Source of the DNA: Octopus sinensis
Lineage: Eukaryota
Assembly (NCBI RefSeq): GCF_006345805.1
Contig: NC_042997.1
Span: forward strand, 36,084,001-36,148,000
Direction: 5' to 3'
Length of the DNA: 64,000 nt
The translations under genes and the position numbers were made by a program. Below, in pieces: positions 58,498 through 64,000 of this stretch. Positions within the stretch are counted from its first letter, which is position 1. Every line of letters starts with the position of its first letter. The notes beneath the pieces were generated by a model. The model was given only the letters and a program-made list of their open reading frames with translations. It was not told the origin of the DNA and did not search any database.

Positions 58498-58640
58498 ATG
58501 TGTGTGTGTGTGTAAGTATGTGCGTATGTTTGTGTCTCTGTGATTGTCCCTCCCACATCGCTTGACAACCGATAGAGTAAGTACTGCATGGGCGCAGTCA
58601 AAATGACTGAGACAAGTAAAATATTAGAAGAATAAAAGAA
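58233..58640 (+). mobile_element. Diverged SINE family A with internal deletions
   Basis: The head is recognisable. The segment between the two ACCGAT hexamers of the full-length copies is missing (GACAACCGATAGAGTAAGTACT). Confidence 0.8.
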
Positions 58641-58660
58641 TATATATCTATATATATATA

Positions 58661-58698
<38 letters not shown>

Positions 58699-58756
58699 TA
58701 TATATCTATCTATCTATCTATCTATATATATATATATTATATATATATATAATATA

Positions 58757-58789
<33 letters not shown>

Positions 58790-58791
58790 AC

Positions 58792-59540
58792 TACGTTGTC
58801 TGTTCAGTAAGTATCCATATTGTTGGAACGATATTTATCAGTGTAAAGACGCTTGCCACACATTAACCGTGAATACTGTCGTGCATACGATCTAAGTTTT
58901 AACATTCTACATCACTTCCGCTAAAGCATGCTGCATGAAGACGCTTGCCTGTAACTTTACTCTGCTGTGCATATAGAGTAATGTTTTACGCTATAGTTCG
59001 CTTCCGCTATATACAGTAGTGCTTAGAAGAAACGTATTTAGCGTGTGACCGTCGTATTTATTATGTATCAGCATCAAATTTGGGGAAAAGCTTGGCGATA
59101 CCTGCTGAGAGGCCTACAAAAAATTTTCAAATAGTTTTCATTCTTTACAACTGCAATCTTTTTTTCAGTTCTGCTGGTTTCAGGCTTCCCAGAACGTCCA
59201 TCACTATCGATAATTTTTCGATCATATGGAGACGTCTGAACCTCTCGTACATTTGTGTGCGGCTCATACACTCCTCTCCATACACTTTCTGCAACTTTAC
59301 GTCGTATTCTAAGCGCGTATCGCTATGACAACTTTCTCTGCTATGATCAATGCGACGGTTACACGCTAAATACGTTACTTCCAAGCACTGCTGTAAACAG
59401 CGGAAGCGAGCTATATTGTAAAAACTTAGTCCACTTGCACATCAGAGTCCATCGTCAGTCTCTGCCCAGCGACTTGACGCAGCATGCTTTAGCTTCGTTA
59501 CTATGGCGACAGTCAGGATACCTACTGATCATATCTTTTA
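58792..59540. mobile_element. Mariner derivative made of two inverted left ends
   Basis: Terminal 25-mers TA..TGTTCAGTAAGTATCC and (reverse complement) TA..TGATCAGTAGGTATCC. The arms 58920-59057 and 59350-59492 are inverted homologues. Each arm runs into transposase N-terminal sequence (IKFGEKLGDTC on +; KLQKVYGEECMSRTQMYE..F.R..DSDGRSGKP.TSRTE on -). Confidence 0.8.
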
Positions 59541-60668
59541 TATGTATCTAAATACAAGTTTGTATAAGTGCAGGCTGTTTCTATGTGCGTCGAAGGACGG
59601 CAGTGAATAACCTTTAAATATTTATTGGAATAATAGTTATAGATCACTAATGGACTTTTTCTGTAGAGTTGTAAATATTGTCTGTAAATTGCCTATCATC
59701 TTTGTTTTCTGAATCAATTGAATATTTTAATAGGCGGATTGAATTGCTGCTTTTATCATATCTGAGTTTACTGGAACCCCGCTCATTTGCTTTCTCACTC
59801 ATTCTAGGTGTTTATATTTGGTGATTGCTGATGATATGTTCTCGGTAAATAGGAAAGCATTTTGATAAGGTGATAAATGCCGTTACTCTATACGCTGAAG
59901 AAAATAACTTTATTTTCAGTTCACGCCTTAGAGTGCTAACTATTGCCCATAAATGAGTTTCCCACGATGATTTTGTTTTCATTTACGACATAAGTTACTT
60001 AAACCGTGAAAATTTCATATTGTTTTGCTTCGATTTTCTTGCTTCTACAACTCTTGAACAAAAGTGAGTGGGCCTACTTTTCCTTCGTAGAGGAATATAT
60101 ATATATATACGGAGAGATGATAAATTCAGTTTTAAAAACAAAATTTTCCACTAGTCGTATGTGGGCGCTTCTACTGTGAACAAACTTAGTATTACACATG
60201 CCTGTTTAGCAGTGCATGGTGCCCGAAACACTTATGTTGGGAATGCTATTCAACAAAATCACTCAAAATTATAAAATATTTTGAATGTCTATTTTTCTGT
60301 CATAACAGACTCTACAATATCTGTTCAGTGCCTACCCACCACCAAATAATATTTCCTTACAACAAATTGATTCATTCTTTGTTTCACTGTATAATTTGTT
60401 ATTGCTCCTCATAAATATATATCAGTGTGGGGTAGATTGCAATGATGCGAAATGTATCCAATATGGATAAGGAATGACTTATCAAATATTCTCTGCATTG
60501 AATAACATTGAATACAACTAAAGCAAAATTCATATTCATGTAGAATATCTATGCATCTTCAAATGTAAATTGAAAACCCTACACATATTCTAGGACATCC
60601 AAAAATAATTATATATATACACATAAACACAAACATTCACACCACACACATATATATATATATGTATA

Positions 60669-61064
60669 CTAGCAGTATCGCCCGGCGTTGCTCGGTTTGT
60701 AAGGGAAATAACTATATAAGCATTTTTAGAGAGTTATAGCCAAAAAATAGCAAAAAATGCATTAAAAATGGAAAAAAAAATATGGTAATTTGTTTTTGAA
60801 ATCGTTGACTCATCGTAGACATTTTTAGAGAGTTACTTCCCTTATATAATAGCGAAAAAATGCATTAAAATGGATAAACATTATGTTAATTATTTTTTAA
60901 AATCGTAGACTCATCGTAGACGCGCGCTAATACCCAGAAGGGCTCGATATGAATCACGACTATAAGATACCCGGTTTTGGTTACGCTGCACCGCAAAATG
61001 TGGGAGTAGTTAGGAATCTAAATCGGAGTAGACAGCCACACAACTTCACTTTTATATATAAAGA
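60669..61064 (-). mobile_element. Non-autonomous Helitron, 396 bp
   Basis: The minus strand reads A^TCTTTATATATAAAAG at the 5' end and ..CCGAGCAACGCCGGGCGATACTGCTAG^T at the 3' end (5' TC, subterminal hairpin, 3' CTAG, A^T target). It contains an internal tandem duplication of about 100 bp (about 60721 and about 60820). Confidence 0.85.
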
Positions 61065-61732
61065 TATATATATACATACATACATACACATATATTATAT
61101 ATATGGTAAGTTTTGAGAGTACGGTTAAATATACAACTACTACTGGGAGTTTAGAGCTCCATGTGAACATTTGACCTGTGTTGCGTAATGCAGTAAAGTG
61201 ATCCTCTGATGAACTCGTCTGCTTCAGAATCCAATTTCATTTCCCATATTATGTAATTAACCATATTGATGAAACGTACGAACGAATGCTGTAGAGTGCA
61301 TCAAGTGATTACCATATGTAGTATATATTATTACACAAACAGAAACACATTTATATATGTATACATATATACACATTGTACACACACGCATTATCTCTCT
61401 ATGTACCTATCTATCAATATATATAATTAGATTCCTATTCAGCAAATATCTTGCTAACTTGTTGCCGCTTATTTTGTTTGAAAATAATAGCTCTTTCTAC
61501 TAATATCTTTTGTTTAAATTACATCACTATCTAACATGCTGCAATAACAATTCTATCCAGACGGAGAAAATTGCATTACTGACTGTAGTGCGTTCATATT
61601 TGTATCTGTATTTGAAATTCGAGTTATTCACAGGCAGTTCATCCGCTGGAATGTAAATCCGTTGTGTTTTGTAGACAAAAAGTTTTTCCTCAAATAAATC
61701 ATAATACAATCATAGATATGGTATGTAATGTA

Positions 61733-62154
61733 GGCGCAGGAGTGACTGTGTGGTAAGTAGCCTGTCTACCAACCACATGGTTCCGGGTTCAGTCCCACTG
61801 CGTGGCACCTTGGGCAATTGTCTCCTACTATAGCCTCGGGCCGACCAAAGCCTTGTGAGTGGATTTCGTAGACGGAAACTGAAAGAAGCCTGTCGTATGT
61901 ATGTATATATATATAAGTATATGTGTGTGTGTGTTTGTGTGTCTGTGTTTATCCCCCCTAACATTGCTTGACAACCGATGCTGGTGTGTTTACGTCCCCG
62001 TCACTTAGCGGTTCGGCAAAAGAGACCGATAGAATAAGTACTGGGCTTACAAAGAAAAAGTCCCCGGGTCGATTTGCTCGACTAAAGGCGGTGCTCCAGC
62101 ATGGTCGCAGTCAAATGACTGAAACAAGTAAAAGAGTAAAAGAGTAAAAGAGTA
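61733..62154 (+). mobile_element. SINE family A, full length
   Basis: Colinear with the 43814 copy; possible short TSD GTAATG at 61725 and 62152. Confidence 0.9.
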
Positions 62155-62159
62155 ATGCA

Positions 62160-63019
62160 TTTTTGTCTTATATTCCGAAATGTATTTGAACTTTCAGCAT
62201 CGGTTTGATTTTGAGCTCCTCTCGCAGGAAACTATCAAGGTGCTTGAAAAAGTGGTTGTCGTTAGAGCGGTCTGGGGAATAAGCAGAGTGGGAAGATCTT
62301 CGTAGCGAAGTTCCCTCAACTTCTTGAGTGCCGTTAGTGAAACGTGTGGTCGAGCATTACCGTGAAAAATGATCGGTCCTGCTCTGTTGACCAGCCTTCT
62401 GCAGAGAGATAGCTGTTTTTCGTTCATCTTGGCAACATGTTTTTGAAGTAATGTTTCTCTGGATTTTAAGAAGTTATAGTGGATGAGTCCAGCAGTATAC
62501 CACCGAACAATCTCCATAACCTTCATTTTGAAGAGCTCGGGTTTAAGGAAAGTTTTCAGTCCTTGCTTTTGGTCAAACCACTGTGAGGAAGTTTTTATAT
62601 TATTGTGTAGAATCCTCTTTCCATCGTAAGTTACAATACTGTCGAGAAATGGATCGGTTTGTTTACGAAGAAGAAGCGACGAGCAAATTTCATATCTGCC
62701 CTTTTTCTGACTTTCATTCAGATCGGGTGGTACTCATTTGTGTTGGGTTTTTTATGTTCCGCTTGCATGCAAATGGGTACAGACAGTTTTCTGGCTCAGC
62801 TGAAATTCTTTTGTCAGTCGTTGAGTAGTTTTACGTGGATTTTTCTCAATGACGGTATTTAACTGATTGGCATCAACGACGGATGGACGTCCATTTCGCT
62901 CACAATCTTCAAGGTTCAGGTCTCCACTGCGAAATCATTTAAACTATTTTCGAGCTGCCCAACTCACTGGTCATTTGTAGCTAAATAGCAAAATTGCTCG
63001 AACTATTTGTCAGTTCCAT
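62160..63019 (-). pseudogene. Decayed mariner transposase (Hsmar1/cecropia-like), most of the ORF
   Basis: ATG at 63019; FRSGDLNLED.ERNGRPSVVD, SLLLR..DPFLDSIVTYDGKRILHNN (TxDEKW), KVM..WY..GLIHYNFL, GPIIFHGNARPHVS (HDNARPH), YHFFKHLD-like C-terminus. Multiple stops and frameshifts. Confidence 0.9.
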
Positions 63020-63167
63020 TTCAGATGATTGTAACAATGGTGAAAACAATATCAATCTATGTATTATGAGACAATTGCCAAAACCATGTTCCAAAAAGTT
63101 TCGAAACTCTGCATAAATCCTGTACGATTTCTTCCTGATTTAAAATGTTGCTTACATTTTACTCAAC

Positions 63168-63480
<313 letters not shown>

Positions 63481-64000
63481 AATTATCGTTCCATTCTTTT
63501 TCCTGCATTAGGGATAGTCGCTCTTATTCACTTGAATGGTTTTCTGTATTATATAATTTTATCTGAAAAATTATCGGAATATCGGTTATTGCATAGCGTC
63601 TTCTTTTTGCTTCGAGCTGCTTTTTCTATAGGTGCGCCTAGCATATATACTAAGTATGGAGATATCACATAATAAAGCCACTACCGTATGCATGTGTTTT
63701 TGCTTATTCGTGTGAGTATCGAGTAAATAAACCATTAATTAAATTTTATTGAACTTTAAATTTTATTAATTTTTACATGGGATTTAATGTTCAATTGTTT
63801 CTTTAATCAGTGAAAGTCTCGTGACATATTAGATATTATCTACCGTCTAGTTTATTTACAATAAATATATGGCACCGTTAACTTAATTAATTAATAACTA
63901 GTTTTGTTGATGTACCAGCTTAAACAAACATCTTTAAATACATTCCCACTATGAGCATTTCATTTTGATATTTGAAATGTATTATAAGTTTCATAACGGA

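Overview
This is AT-rich, microsatellite-dense animal non-coding DNA. The tRNA-headed SINE families and the density of (TA)n/(CA)n/(ATN)n repeats resemble octopus (coleoid cephalopod) genomic DNA; that assignment is an inference from recalled repeat families, not a database match. I found no intact, recognisable host protein-coding gene, rRNA, tRNA gene or CRISPR array. Most entries in the ORF track are microsatellite translations or antisense reads of repeats. The window can be explained as layered mobile DNA: (1) three SINE groups; (2) three mariner relics and one Tc1 relic; (3) a non-autonomous Helitron; (4) RTE, CR1-like, R4/Dong-like (two) and HERO/R2-like LINE fragments; (5) a frameshifted Ty3/Gypsy pol relic; (6) probable Penelope-like remnants. 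The most interesting structures are a minimal type-I hammerhead-ribozyme-shaped motif with an intact core (32335-32380) and weaker relatives, a 451-bp near-perfect palindrome (19365-19815), a fold-back inverted duplication of a SINE head plus flank (50337-50598), a mariner derivative built from two inverted left ends (58792-59540), a near-identical 1012-bp tandem duplication with (TA)n breakpoints (42051-43990), and a roughly 3.5-4 kb ghost R4/Dong LINE that the ORF track does not reveal. All alignments and translations were done by eye, so coordinates of decayed elements are approximate.
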